Origin: a virus
Lineage: Duplodnaviria; Caudoviricetes
IMG/VR virus record: IMGVR_UViG_3300030708_003450
Coordinates: 1 to 31,877 of that record
Length of the DNA stretch: 31,877 nt
Direction: 5' to 3' (one strand)
A program made the position numbers and the translations under genes. Below are positions 1-12,000 of the stretch, piece after piece (positions within the stretch are counted from its first letter, which is position 1; each line of letters starts with the position of its first letter). The notes under the pieces were generated by a model. It had not been told where the DNA came from, searched no databases, and saw nothing but the letters and a program-made list of their open reading frames with translations.

Positions 1-498
1 AGTGCGTTTGTGTCTGCTCCAGAGGTTCCTAGCCCCGATATGGACCTTCCTAACCTACAGTTCTGGAATTGTATGGATTATGGTGTAGTAGCAGTCACCA
101 AGCAATTTATTGGTAGTATGGACTATGAACTGTATACAAGGGACTTTGGTATTCAGAAGGGCACTTATATCTGTACTATAGATAATTACCATCAAGATCC
201 TGAAGTGGTGGACTATGCGACTAGTGAAAACCCTGCAGAACATAAGTCACATAACCTTATTGAATTAGAAAATGGTCAATACGCATTATATCCTAATAAT
301 AGAATGCGTATCTATGATAATAGTTTGACACCTGTTGAACCTAAGATGCCTGATTTCAAGGTTTCAACGCAATATTATCAGGTAGAAAATGGATTTGAAC
401 GTCTTGGTATGGGACGTGAGGATGAATATTTCTGGAAGACTGCAAAAGAGAGAGAAAATACTGAAAAAAACGAAAAAAAGATCGAAGATAAGTCATAA
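1..498 (+). CDS. Conserved T4-like phage hypothetical protein, 5'-truncated
   Basis: Frame 1 is open from base 1 (AGT GCG TTT GTG = S-A-F-V), so the GTG at 10 is probably internal. The sequence (LQFWNCMDY, EHKSHNLIELENGQYALYPNNR) resembles a hypothetical family I recall upstream of gp25 in marine T4-like phages. Stop TAA at 496-498. Confidence 0.75.
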   Translation, partial: SAFVSAPEVPSPDMDLPNLQFWNCMDYGVVAVTKQFIGSMDYELYTRDFGIQKGTYICTIDNYHQDPEVVDYATSENPAEHKSHNLIELENGQYALYPNNRMRIYDNSLTPVEPKMPDFKVSTQYYQVENGFERLGMGREDEYFWKTAKERENTEKNEKKIEDKS

Positions 499-501
499 AT
501 A
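494..501 (+). promoter_or_regulatory. T4-type late promoter (CATAAATA) for the baseplate operon
   Basis: Matches NATAAATA (T4 gp55 consensus TATAAATA). It lies 21 nt upstream of the gp25 start and overlaps the upstream stop codon. Confidence 0.7.
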
Positions 502-522
502 CATTATAATCGCTGTATTTTT

Positions 523-924
523 GTGCCTTTAGAACGGGTAAGTAGAGGTTTTAAAGACCTCAGCATGTCATTTCAGAATAATCCACTAACTAATGACTTG
601 ATTGCGCTCAAAAATGAGAATGCAATTGCCCGTTCTATACGAAATATAGTCTTTACGGTGCCTGGAGAGAAATTTTTTAATGAAGATTTTGGATCTGAAG
701 TGTCTCAACTCTTGTTTGAGAACGTGGATAATATTTCTGCACTCACTGTAAGAGATCAAATCAGACAATCTATCACAAATTTTGAACCAAGGGTAGATTT
801 ACGAACAGTTGATGTATCTGCTGACTTCGATAACAATAGTTTTGACGTGGTTATTATATACGATATCATAGGTGCGGATATTCCACCTCAAGAATTACAA
901 TTCGTTTTGCAACAAACTAGGTAA
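523..924 (+). CDS. gp25: Baseplate wedge subunit gp25 (GPW/gp25 family)
   Basis: 133 aa with gp25 motifs AIARSIRNIVFTVPGEKFFNEDFGS, LLFE and ITNFEPRV. GTG start, directly upstream of gp6. Confidence 0.92.
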   Translation: MPLERVSRGFKDLSMSFQNNPLTNDLIALKNENAIARSIRNIVFTVPGEKFFNEDFGSEVSQLLFENVDNISALTVRDQIRQSITNFEPRVDLRTVDVSADFDNNSFDVVIIYDIIGADIPPQELQFVLQQTR

Positions 925-926
925 AA

Positions 927-2987
927 ATGCCATTATCTAACTTTTCTAACCTTGATTTCAATCAGGTTAAGACAACTCTTAGAGAATATCTCAAAGAAAA
1001 CTCAGATTTTACTGATTATGACTTTGAAGGGTCGAATTTATCGACCATTCTTGATGTTTTGGCATACAATACCTACATCACTTCATATAATGCCAACATG
1101 GTGGCAAATGAAGTATTCATTGATAGTGCCACATTAAGAGAAAATGTGGTTTCATTGGCAAGAAATATCGGATATGTTCCAAGATCCAGAAAATCAGCAA
1201 GATCAACGGTAAGTTTTTCTGTTAATACGTCAAATATATCACCTGCACCTAGCACTCTGACCTTGAAAAAGGGAATTGTTGCTACAACACAAGGTTCATT
1301 TGGAAATAATTCTTTTACTTTCTGCATTTTAGACGATATTACAGTTTCTGTTGTTGAAAATACTGCATTTTTTGAAAATATTGAGATTTATGAGGGAACT
1401 TTCCTAACAAATACCTTTACTTACAACTCAAGAGTCCCAAATCAGAAATTTATTATCAATAATATTGGTATAGATACTGATTTAATCAATGTTACGGTCA
1501 GACCAAACGAAAATTCAACAAGATCTGTAAAATATTCACTGCAAGACAGTCTATTTGACGTAAAATCTGACTCAAAAGTCTATTATCTTCAAGAATCTAA
1601 TGATGAAAGATATGAAATAATTTTTGGAGACAATATTTTTGGCCAAAAGTTAGAAAATAACAACTTTATCACTGTTGACTACATTACATCAAGTGGAGAT
1701 GCGGCAAATGGCATCTCAGAGTTCACTTTTGCGGGTAGAATCAGTTATACAAGAAATGCACAAACATATAATGTAACCTCTGGCATATCATTGATGTCAA
1801 CGGGTTTAATATCATCTGGTGGTGAAGAAATTGAAGGAGTAGAGTCAATCAAAAAATATGCTCCTAGAATATATGCATCACAAAATCGTGCATTAACCGC
1901 AAATGACTATGAAACTCTGATTCCTGCAAAAATTTACCCCGAAACTGAATCTATCTCAGTATTTGGAGGTGAAGAGATCATTCCTCCACAATACGGTAAA
2001 GTATTCATTAGTATTAAACCAAGATTTGGTGATTTCTTACCAAACTCGATTAAAGATAATATCAAACTCAAATTAAAGAAGTATTCTGTTGCCGGAATTG
2101 TACCAGAAATCTTAGATCTTAAATATCTTTATTTGGAAGTTAATTCAAAGATTTATTATAACACAAATTTAGCACCATCTAGTGCTTTCGTATCTACTAT
2201 TTGTCAAAACAATGCAAATAAGTATGCTGAGTCAAGTGAATTAAATAAGTACGGTGCAAGATTTAAATACAGTAAGTTTTTAAAAATACTTGACAGTAGT
2301 CATGAATCTGTGACATCTAATATCACAACAGTTGCTATGAGAAGAGACTTGAGGGTCGTTCTCAATACGTTCGCAGAATATCAAATTGGTTTTGGAAATT
2401 CATTCCATGTCAAAAATCAAAATGGATATAATATTAAAACTAGTTCCTTTAGAATTGCAGGAATTCAGGAACCAGTTTACATGTCAGATTTACCAAGTGG
2501 TGATGGTATAACTGGAATTCTGTTCTTCTTTACACTTCCATCAGTCTCATCTCAATCTCCAACAATTGTGAGAAGAAATGTTGGATTTGTCAATTATTCT
2601 AATGGAATAATTACAATGAACCCAGTAAATATCCTAGAAGCAAAATTAAAAGATGGTAGACCTATCATAGAAATTGAAGCGACTCCAACTTCAAATGATG
2701 TTGTTGGATTACAGGATCTTTATTTGCAACTAGATACTAGTAGTAGTGTGTTTGATGTAATAGTTGATAATATCTCGTCGGGTCTTGATCCCTCGGCATC
2801 GAATTATAACGTTTCTTCAAGTTATCCTAATGGTAATTTAGTACGATCAGGTGGACCTGTTAGCACAAGAACTAGCACAACCTCTACTACAACGTCAACT
2901 ACTACAACGTCAACTACCACAACATCAACACCATCCAGCACTGTTTCAACATCTGGAGCATCTACATCAGGATCATCCTCTTACTAA
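927..2987 (+). CDS. gp6: Baseplate wedge subunit gp6
   Basis: 686 aa. N-terminus LDF..K..L.EYL...FTDYDFEGSNLSTILDVLAYNTY...NEVFIDSATLRENVVSLARNIGYVPRS, plus YEIIFGD, QNRALTANDY and GKVFISIKP, all typical of T4 gp6/baseplate J-like proteins. Confidence 0.93.
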   Translation: MPLSNFSNLDFNQVKTTLREYLKENSDFTDYDFEGSNLSTILDVLAYNTYITSYNANMVANEVFIDSATLRENVVSLARNIGYVPRSRKSARSTVSFSVNTSNISPAPSTLTLKKGIVATTQGSFGNNSFTFCILDDITVSVVENTAFFENIEIYEGTFLTNTFTYNSRVPNQKFIINNIGIDTDLINVTVRPNENSTRSVKYSLQDSLFDVKSDSKVYYLQESNDERYEIIFGDNIFGQKLENNNFITVDYITSSGDAANGISEFTFAGRISYTRNAQTYNVTSGISLMSTGLISSGGEEIEGVESIKKYAPRIYASQNRALTANDYETLIPAKIYPETESISVFGGEEIIPPQYGKVFISIKPRFGDFLPNSIKDNIKLKLKKYSVAGIVPEILDLKYLYLEVNSKIYYNTNLAPSSAFVSTICQNNANKYAESSELNKYGARFKYSKFLKILDSSHESVTSNITTVAMRRDLRVVLNTFAEYQIGFGNSFHVKNQNGYNIKTSSFRIAGIQEPVYMSDLPSGDGITGILFFFTLPSVSSQSPTIVRRNVGFVNYSNGIITMNPVNILEAKLKDGRPIIEIEATPTSNDVVGLQDLYLQLDTSSSVFDVIVDNISSGLDPSASNYNVSSSYPNGNLVRSGGPVSTRTSTTSTTTSTTTTSTTTTSTPSSTVSTSGASTSGSSSY
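2886..2930 (+). repeat. 15-bp tandem repeat (about 3 copies) in the Ser/Thr-rich tail of gp6
   Basis: ACTACAACGTCAACT at 2886-2900 and 2901-2915 (identical), then ACCACAACATCAACA at 2916-2930. Encodes TTTST x3. Confidence 0.85.
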
Positions 2988-3001
2988 GAAGTTAACATAA
3001 A

Positions 3002-6000
3002 ATGTCAGAAAACAGAGTACAGTTTAACACAATCGTCTCTAATCAACTTCCCGCATATGTTAGGGAAGATTTTCCACTTGTTGAATCTTTCTTAGAGTCA
3101 TATTATAGAGGACAAGAGTATCAAGGTGGTCCTGTAGATTTAATTCAAAATATTGACAAATATATTAAAGTTGATAATACAACTAATCTTTCTTCAGAGA
3201 TCATTCTTGATGGTGATATTGATTTTGACGATACTACTATTAATGTTTCAACCTCTAAATCTCCTACAGGAACAGATGGATTTCCTGATTCTTATGGACT
3301 AATTCAAATTGATGATGAAATTATAACTTACACCGGAAAAACAAGTTTTTCCTTTACAGGGTGTATTAGAGGTTTTGCTGGTATTACTTCTTATAGAAGT
3401 GAAATATTTTCGGAGGAAGTTGTATTTAATACTACCTCTGCAGAAGATCATGATTCTGGCGCTACAATTAAAAATTTATCTGTCCTTTTCCTCAAAGATT
3501 TTTTAGTTAAAACAAAACATCAAATTCTTCCAGGATTTGAGGAGAGAAGTCTTGATCCTGATTTAAATCAAAAACTATTTTTAAAACAATCAAAAGATTT
3601 TTATCTTACAAAAGGAACCGATAGATCTTTTGAAATTCTTTTCAAAGCACTTTATAATGAAAATGTACAAGTAATTAAACCAAGAGATAATTTAGTCACA
3701 CCGTCAAATGCTAATTTTGAGGTATTAAATGAGATGGTGGTTGAACCCATCTCAGGAAATCCACTTGAATTAGAAAATACTACATTATATCAAGATCAAT
3801 ATGATGATATTATTGAAAAGGCATATGCACCAATTTCGTCAGTTGAAAAAGTAGATGTTGGATTTGGTAAAACATTTTATAGATTGACCTTTGATGGAGG
3901 ATATAATAGAGACATTGGTGTTGATGGTTCTGCATATGGAGAATTTAAGGTCGAACCAACCACTAAAGTTATAGGACAGGTGTCTGCAGGAGCAACTGTT
4001 CTTGATGTTGACTCTACTGTAGGGTTTAGTACAGATGGAGATTTATACGTTGTTTACTCAGATAAAACAAATGGAGTTCTTTCATATACCTCAAAATCAC
4101 TGACACAATTTTTTGGTGTCTCAAATGTAAATAAAACTATCACTGATGCATCAACAGTAGGAGTTAATACTTTCGCTTATGCATCAACATTTGATGGAGA
4201 CAATGTTAGGGTAAGAATTAATTCTGTTATCAATTCAATAAGTCCGACTTCAAACGCAAAGGGTTTAAAAAAAGGAGAAATAATCAATATTTCTTCACTG
4301 GGTGTTTCTGAAAATAATAAAAAGACTAATAATTGGATTTACAACTTAGCACCCACTTATAAGGTTAAAGATATACAATTAATTGATTCTTCAAACTTTA
4401 CTTATGAAATTACTCTTAACGTAGAAAATATATTTAATAGTGGAGATACTGCAACGTTAGTAGTATCTGATGGTAGAAAACTAACTACATCAATAATTGA
4501 TGTTAAAACAGAAAAATCATTTACAATTAGAGGTCAAGGTCAACTTAATACAAATTCTACTTTTGAGATTCAACGAAATATTTCTAAAACAAAATCTAAC
4601 TTTTTTCCATCAGCAAATATTTTCTCAACAGATATTCAAAACGTTTACAAGAGCGTAAATGGTGATGATTATCTTGTCGCGTCACCTTCAATTCCATCAT
4701 ATAAAGGTCAACCTCTCAATACAAACTCAAGAGAAATAAAATTTACTGGTACGTTTAATGGCACAGAGTTTATAATTTCTCCAGGAAAAGATCACGGACT
4801 TTACAGTGGAGATAAAGTCTACTATGCGGCGGAAAGAGTTTCTGAGACTTTTATTGATGAATTTGGTAACAGTGCAACCAGATTGGTAAGAGGAACTGGT
4901 TTATTTGATGATGGTGAATATTTTGTTGAAAGAGTTAATTCATTTACAGTAAAATTTGCAAAAAGCAAAAACAACCTTTTCAACTCAAAATATGTAAGTG
5001 TTGATACTGTAACCACAGTCAACAATAGTGTTGTTACGCCATTTGAATTTTACTCTAAAAATTTAAAACCTCAAAATATCCTCAGAAAAATTTCAGATCC
5101 ATTAAATGATGGATCAATAAATGAGACTGAACCTGGAACTACCGGTATTCTTATTAATGGTGTTGAAATTTTAAACTATAAGTCAAAGCAACAAATTAAG
5201 TATGGTTCAATTGAAGAAATAGAAGTTACCTCTCCAGGATCAGACTTAGATATCGTAAATCCACCAGAACTTGTTATATCAGATAGTGTTGGGACTGGAG
5301 CAACTGGATATCTTGCAATAAGTGGTTCTCTTCAAGAAATTCTAATCAAAAATTCTGGATTTGATTACCTTAATACACCAACTATCAAAATTGATGGTGG
5401 AAATGGTAAAGGTGCAACAGCATCTGTAAATATGAAACTGATTGATCACGAACCTGAGTTTTTTGCAGATAATGCCAAAGGTCAGGTTGTAATTGGAACT
5501 GCGTCCACTCAGTCTAGAATTGGATTTTCCACCTATCACAAATTTAAAAATGCTGAGGAAGTAATTTACAGAACTAATAATCAAGAGGGAATTGCAGGTA
5601 TTGTTACTGATGCACAATATTACGTATCTACAATTGATGATGTTACCGTAAGTTTACATCCAAAACAAAATGATGCGATTTTAGGTATTAACACAGTTTT
5701 CTTAACAAGTTTTGGAGTTGGTAAACATTCTTTAAAATCAACTAGTAAAAAATCAGTTGTAGATTCCATTAATGTAGTTGATAGTGGGTTAGGTTATCAG
5801 AATAAGAAGAGAACTGCAAATGCAACTTCTGGAGTAAGCACTGCAAGTAATACAATTATTATAAGTAACCACGATTACAATTCAGGTGAGTTGGTAAGAT
5901 ACACTTGCGTTGGAACACCTATAAATGGTCTTACCGTTGATACGGATTATTATGTCACAAAAGAAAATGATAATTCATTCAAACTGTCTCAGGTTGGAGT

Positions 6001-9000
6001 AACTTCTGATAAAGAATTTTATTATAGAACCAAGCAATATATAAACCTTACATCAGTTGGTGTAGGAACTCATATATTTAATTACCCAGACATTACTGTT
6101 ACTTTAAAAGGTGAGGTTGGAATTTCATCAATCGGATCAGAAACATTTGAAGCATCAATCACACCTGTGTTTAGAGGTTCAGTAACATCAGTACATCTTG
6201 AAAACAATGGTGTTGGATATGGATCTTCTGAAATTTTGAATCTTGATCATCAACCACAAATCACAATAAATTCAGGTTCTAATTGTCAATTAAAACCGAT
6301 TATTGAGAATGGTAGAATTGTTGAAGTAATTGTACAAAATTCTGGAAGTGGATATAATTCCCCACCAGATGTTGATGTTATAGGTGATGGATTAGGTGCA
6401 GTAGTTACTTTAAATATTGTCAATGGATCTGTAACGTCAGTTAATATAATTGAAAAAGGTGCTGGTTATTCGCAAGATACAACTTCAATTACTGTAACAC
6501 CATCTGGAAATACTAATCCTCCAAAATTTAAATCTAATCTTAAAACTTGGAGAGTAAATTTATTTGAAAAGTATCTTCAATATTTTGAAAGTGATGATGG
6601 TTTTATAACTGATTCAAGAGTTTCCTCCAATGAATTGCAATATGCCCATTTGTATGCACCTAGAAAATTAAGAGAAAATATTTTCGCAGTAGATCAAAAT
6701 GGCAACAAATTATACGGAGAATCTGATTTAAGACAAGTAAATGGTATAGAACAGTCTTCAACAAAACACTCTCCGATTATTGGTTTTGCTTATGACGGCA
6801 ATCCAATTTATGGACCATATGGATATTCGACAAAATCAGGTGGCGCAATTACACAAATTAAATCTGGATACAAAATAGATATTAAATCAAACAGACCACC
6901 TACTTCTATTTTCCCTGAGGGATTTTTCGTAGAGGATTATACTCATTTTGAGGTAAGTGATGATGATGTTCTCGATGCAAATAATGGAAGATTTTGCATT
7001 ACTCCAGAATATCCAAATGGAACATATGCTTATTTTACTACAATCAACTCAGCATCTGATAATTCAGGAGTATTTGAAAAATATAAAAAACCAGTATTTC
7101 CATATTTGATTGGAAACAATTATCAGTCAATCCCTGATGAATATAATTTTAAGAATAATTCATTGCAGGAGACATTAAATCCTGATGATTGGAGAAGAAA
7201 TACTTATCCATACAATATTATTGAAGAAGAATTAGAATACTCTTATATTGATATTCCAAATAAATTAAAACAATCTGCAAAAATTAATTCTGTTCAACCA
7301 GGAACAGTTAATTTGATTGGAATTTCAAGTGCTGGTATTGATTATAGAATTGGAGATCAAGTAATATTTGATAATTCGGATACTAAAGGAGAAGGTTTAT
7401 CTGCAAAAGTATCTCATTTAAAGGGCAGAACTGTTAATACAGTTAGTGTAGCAACAAGCACTCTTTCAAATGTTGAAATTTACTCTGGTGATGTGAATGG
7501 TGAATATGTTATTTACAATGACAAACCTCATAATTTCTTGAACTTTAACGTAGTTACCATTGCAGGTTTATCAACCACCTCTTCAAAAATTGAAGGTACT
7601 TATAGAGCAGGTATAACAACTAACAGACTGTCTATTGTAGGCACAGGAACCACTGGTGTTGCGATTGGAACAGTTGGTGTTACTGGTCTTGTTACCTTCT
7701 TTGGTGTATCTGGAGATCTTTCTTTCTCTAAAATTAGAGACAATGATATTTTGACTATTGGTGAAGAAAAGGTTCAAGTTCTAAACGTTGACGCAAAGTC
7801 ATCAAGAATAAGAGTTCTGAGAGAGGTTGAAGGAACTACCGGAACATCTCATACTATTGGTAAGTATATTTTTGAAGATCCAAGAAAACTTATCATTAAC
7901 TCTGGATTCAAAACTGATTACAACTTTAGAGTTAATAAACAAATCTACTTTAATCCAGAAGTTATTGGACTCGGAACCGTTTCAGGTGTGGGTATTGGGA
8001 CAACGATCACATTCTCCAACCCAGGTGCGGGTTTGACAAGTATTTTTATTCCATCTAAAACAATATTCATTGAAAATCATGAACTTAAAACTGGTGATGA
8101 AGTAACTTACTCCCCAGGAACTGGTGGTAGTGGTATTATTGTTGAAGACTCTACAAATGTCGGAGTTGGTATTACTTTAACGGATGGTCAAAAAGTATTC
8201 GTAGCTAAGATTGACGATAATTTAATTGGTATTGCTACGGTTAGAGTAGGTTTAGGAACGACTGGAACATTTGTTGGAATTGCTAGCACTCACAGATCTG
8301 CTACCACACTTTTCTTTAGAAGTGTTGGATCTGGAACTACTCATAGTTTTAAAACTAATCATAGTGTACTCACTGGTGAGGTAAGAAGAAACTTAGTAAC
8401 AGTATCTACTGCATCAACTCATGGGTTAAGTTCACCGCATAATATTTCTATCAGTGTAAGTCCAAATAATACAGTCACCAAAACACTAACGTATAATGAT
8501 TTTAACAGAAGAGTAATTGTTGATCCTGTTGGATTTACTACTGTCGGAGTAAACACCACCAATAATACAATTAGTGTAACATCTCACGGTTTTATCACAG
8601 GTGACAAGATAATCCATACATCATCAGTGCCTACTGAAGGACTTATTGATCAGAAGATTTATTATATTGTCAAAGTTGATGATAACACAATCAAACTTGC
8701 TAATACTAAACATGATGCCACAATAGAAAAACCCAATGTAGTTGGTCTTTCTAGTGCGTCACTTGGAACAATAAATCCAATCAATCCTTCTCTGAAGGTA
8801 TATAAAAACTCAACAGTTGAATTTGATCTTTCAGATTCTTCTCTTGGATATACAGTTCAAGGCACACAATATCCTGCCTTTGAGTTTAATCTTTATACTG
8901 ATAAAAACTTTACTAAAGTATGGAACAAATCTGACACAAATAATGTCTTTGAATTGACAAAAACTGGAAATGTTGGAAGTGCTGGTGCAAAAGCAACTCT

Positions 9001-12000
9001 TACTGTAAATGAAAATATCCCAGAGGTTTTATATTATAAACTTGATGTTACTAAAGAATCTAGCACACCTACATCAAAAACAAGTATTATAGTTGATGAA
9101 GAGGCAAATTCTAATAATCAAATTAATTGTAAGTTTAGTGAATATAATGGAACATACTCCATTAACGTTGGAACCACAACTACATTTACTTACACTTTAG
9201 GAGATACACCAGAGAGCACGAGTTATACTTCACCAACATCTACTATTGAGTATGAAACTGATTGTACACATACTTATGGACCTATTGCAAAAGTATCTAT
9301 AGAAACTCCTGGCAAAAATTATTATTCATTACCTGGAATTACGACAGTTACAACTGCTGCAGGTAAAAATGCTATTTTATTCACAAGCAGTAATGACATT
9401 GGAAAGGTCAAAAATATCGATATCAACAACATTGACAATTATAAATTACCTTCTGATAAAACTTTATCACCAACTGCTAGATATCCACAAATTCTTAAAA
9501 TAGATCGTTTAGCTCAAATTGATTCTGTAGCAATTAGTTCTTTTGGTAGAGGATATCAAATAGCACCTAAACTCGTTGTAATTGATGGTAAAACAAATAA
9601 TGTTGTAGATGACATTGATTTAAGATTTGCAAACAATAAAATTGATATTCTTAAGAATACAAATGGGATAAGTAATGCAACTCCCACCATTATTCCGACT
9701 CAAACAGACTCTGGAGTTGGAATCAATACTATTGTTTATGATAGTTCAAATGGCAATGTTGATGTAACACTTTCAGTTGGATTTAGTACAATCAATTCTT
9801 TCCCATTCAAAGTAGGAGATAAAGTATTAGTTGAAAATGTAAGTGTCGGTGTTGGTTCAACTGGTAAAGGATTTGATTCTGCAAACTATAATTACAAACT
9901 GTTCACTTTAACTGCTGTCACTGAAAATCTTGGTGGTATTGGTTCCGTTAGATATAATATTTCAGACTCACTGTCTGGTTCTGAGTTCCCAGGGACATTT
10001 GATAAGGTTAATTCGTCTGGAAGAATAACTGCTGAGAAGAATTTTGCAATTTTTGACGTAAAATTAAAAACAAACAATTATATTTTAGGAGAAACAGTTT
10101 CCTCTGGATCTAAAGTTGGTGTAGTGGATGATTGGGATCCTAAAATTGATACTTTAACTATTTCATCTGATGATGTATTTGATACTTCTGATGTAATAAA
10201 GGGTAATACATCAAATATTTCGGGAATAGCAACATCCGTTGAATCATTTGATATTAACACCGAGGTCAATTCAAGTGTCAAAGCAATAAAAGGGAGACAG
10301 ACTGACTCTGGTGTTCTTAACTTTGATTTGCAAAGAATTCAAGATAGTTTTTATTATCAGAATTTCTCATATTCTCTAAAATCAAAGGTTGATTTTGATA
10401 CTTGGAATGATCCTGTTTCTACAACAAATCATACTTTAGGATTTAGAAAATTTGCAGATTATCAATTAGAATCAAATAATAGTAACAACATGGCAGTTGG
10501 TGTTTCAACTGACCTTACTAATGTTACTCTCATAAAAGACGTTGATAGTTTTGTAAGTTTAAATTGTGTATTTGACTTTGATCTGGTCAAGGAAAACAAT
10601 TTTAATTTAAACAATAAATTAGTATCCGATGAGATAATTTTTTCAAATCGCATTCTATCTGATTTCTTTGAGTCAGTTGGTAACAGAGTTTTATCAATTG
10701 ATGATGTATCAAGTCAGTTTAACAGCAATCCAAGATCAACTGCTTTTAGTGTAATTAACACATTTAATACTGATGAGATCCGATCTCAAAAATACATAAC
10801 TCTTATAAGAGATAAGAGATACACGGCACAAAGACAGTTACTTCTTGTTGATCTTATTCATGATGGATCTAGAGGTTATATTAATCAATATGGTAGAGTT
10901 GAATCTCAGTATGATCAAGGATCATTCGATTTTGCTATTGCATCTGGACAAGGCGAATTAAGATTCTTCCCAACTAAGGCTAAAGTAAATGATTACAATG
11001 TTGTTGCATTTTCTTATAATCTAGACGACGCATTTGCTGGAGTGGGAACAACATCGTTAGGTGGTGTTGCTTTAATTGAGTCAACAAGTTCTCCTATTAC
11101 TGCTGGTGTTACAACTAACATTGTTTCTATTGCCAGCACATATACTAGTGCAAAAGTATTGGTTCAAATAAATCCAGATACTACAAGAAATGAAGAATTT
11201 GAAACGATTGAACTCAATATCGTTCATGATGGATCAAATGTTGAATTATTAGATTATGGAAGACTTACGACTGGAATTGCAGCGTATTCTGAAGTTGGAT
11301 TAGGAACTTATCATGCTTATATTAGTGGTTCTGATCTTAAAGTAGATTTTGTTCCAGCATCAACAGGTATAGGAACAACTGGAGTTATTAACACAATTCA
11401 AGTTGGTCTTGCAAGTGATACTTTTACAGGAATAGGAACTGCAGATTTAAGTTATTCTAAAACTAAAGCCGAGACAACATCTATTTCATCCTCCGCAACT
11501 CCTGGTATAAACACTATTTCGCAATTCACTGATAATTTTGATGGTGCTTATTTCTTAGTGCAAGTTGTTGACACCACGAACAATAATTATCAATTATCTG
11601 AAATTTTAGTTCTGGATGATTACACTACAGATTCTTCCGAAGAGGGAGAAACCTATATGACCGAATATGGAGTTATTGAAACTTCAACTGCAACTGGTTT
11701 TGGAACATTTGGTTCCAGAGTATCTACTGCGGGCACTGTATCTCTTGTATACACTCCACCAGCAAGTGTCAATACAGTTGTTAATGTATATTCTAATAAT
11801 ATTTGTTTAATTGAAGATGATACCAAGTCTTCTGAAATTGATTTTACTAACGGTTCTATTAAAAATGGATTTGGTGATTATACTGGAACTGAGGCTGATA
11901 TTAAGAGAGAGTTTGAACTCAAACATGAAAACTTGCAAGTCTTTGAAAGATATTTTGAAGGTAATGATAGTTCAATTGTAAGTATCACTGATAATACAAT

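Noticed and set aside
10-12. GTG at 10 as the start of the first gene
   Set aside because: The frame is open to base 1 and the protein appears to begin mid-domain, so the true start is probably upstream of the window.
462-480. Two A7 runs near the end of the first ORF as a slippage or phase-variation site
   Set aside because: They are explained by Lys/Glu/Asn codons in a charged tail in AT-rich DNA, and a shift would change only a few terminal residues.
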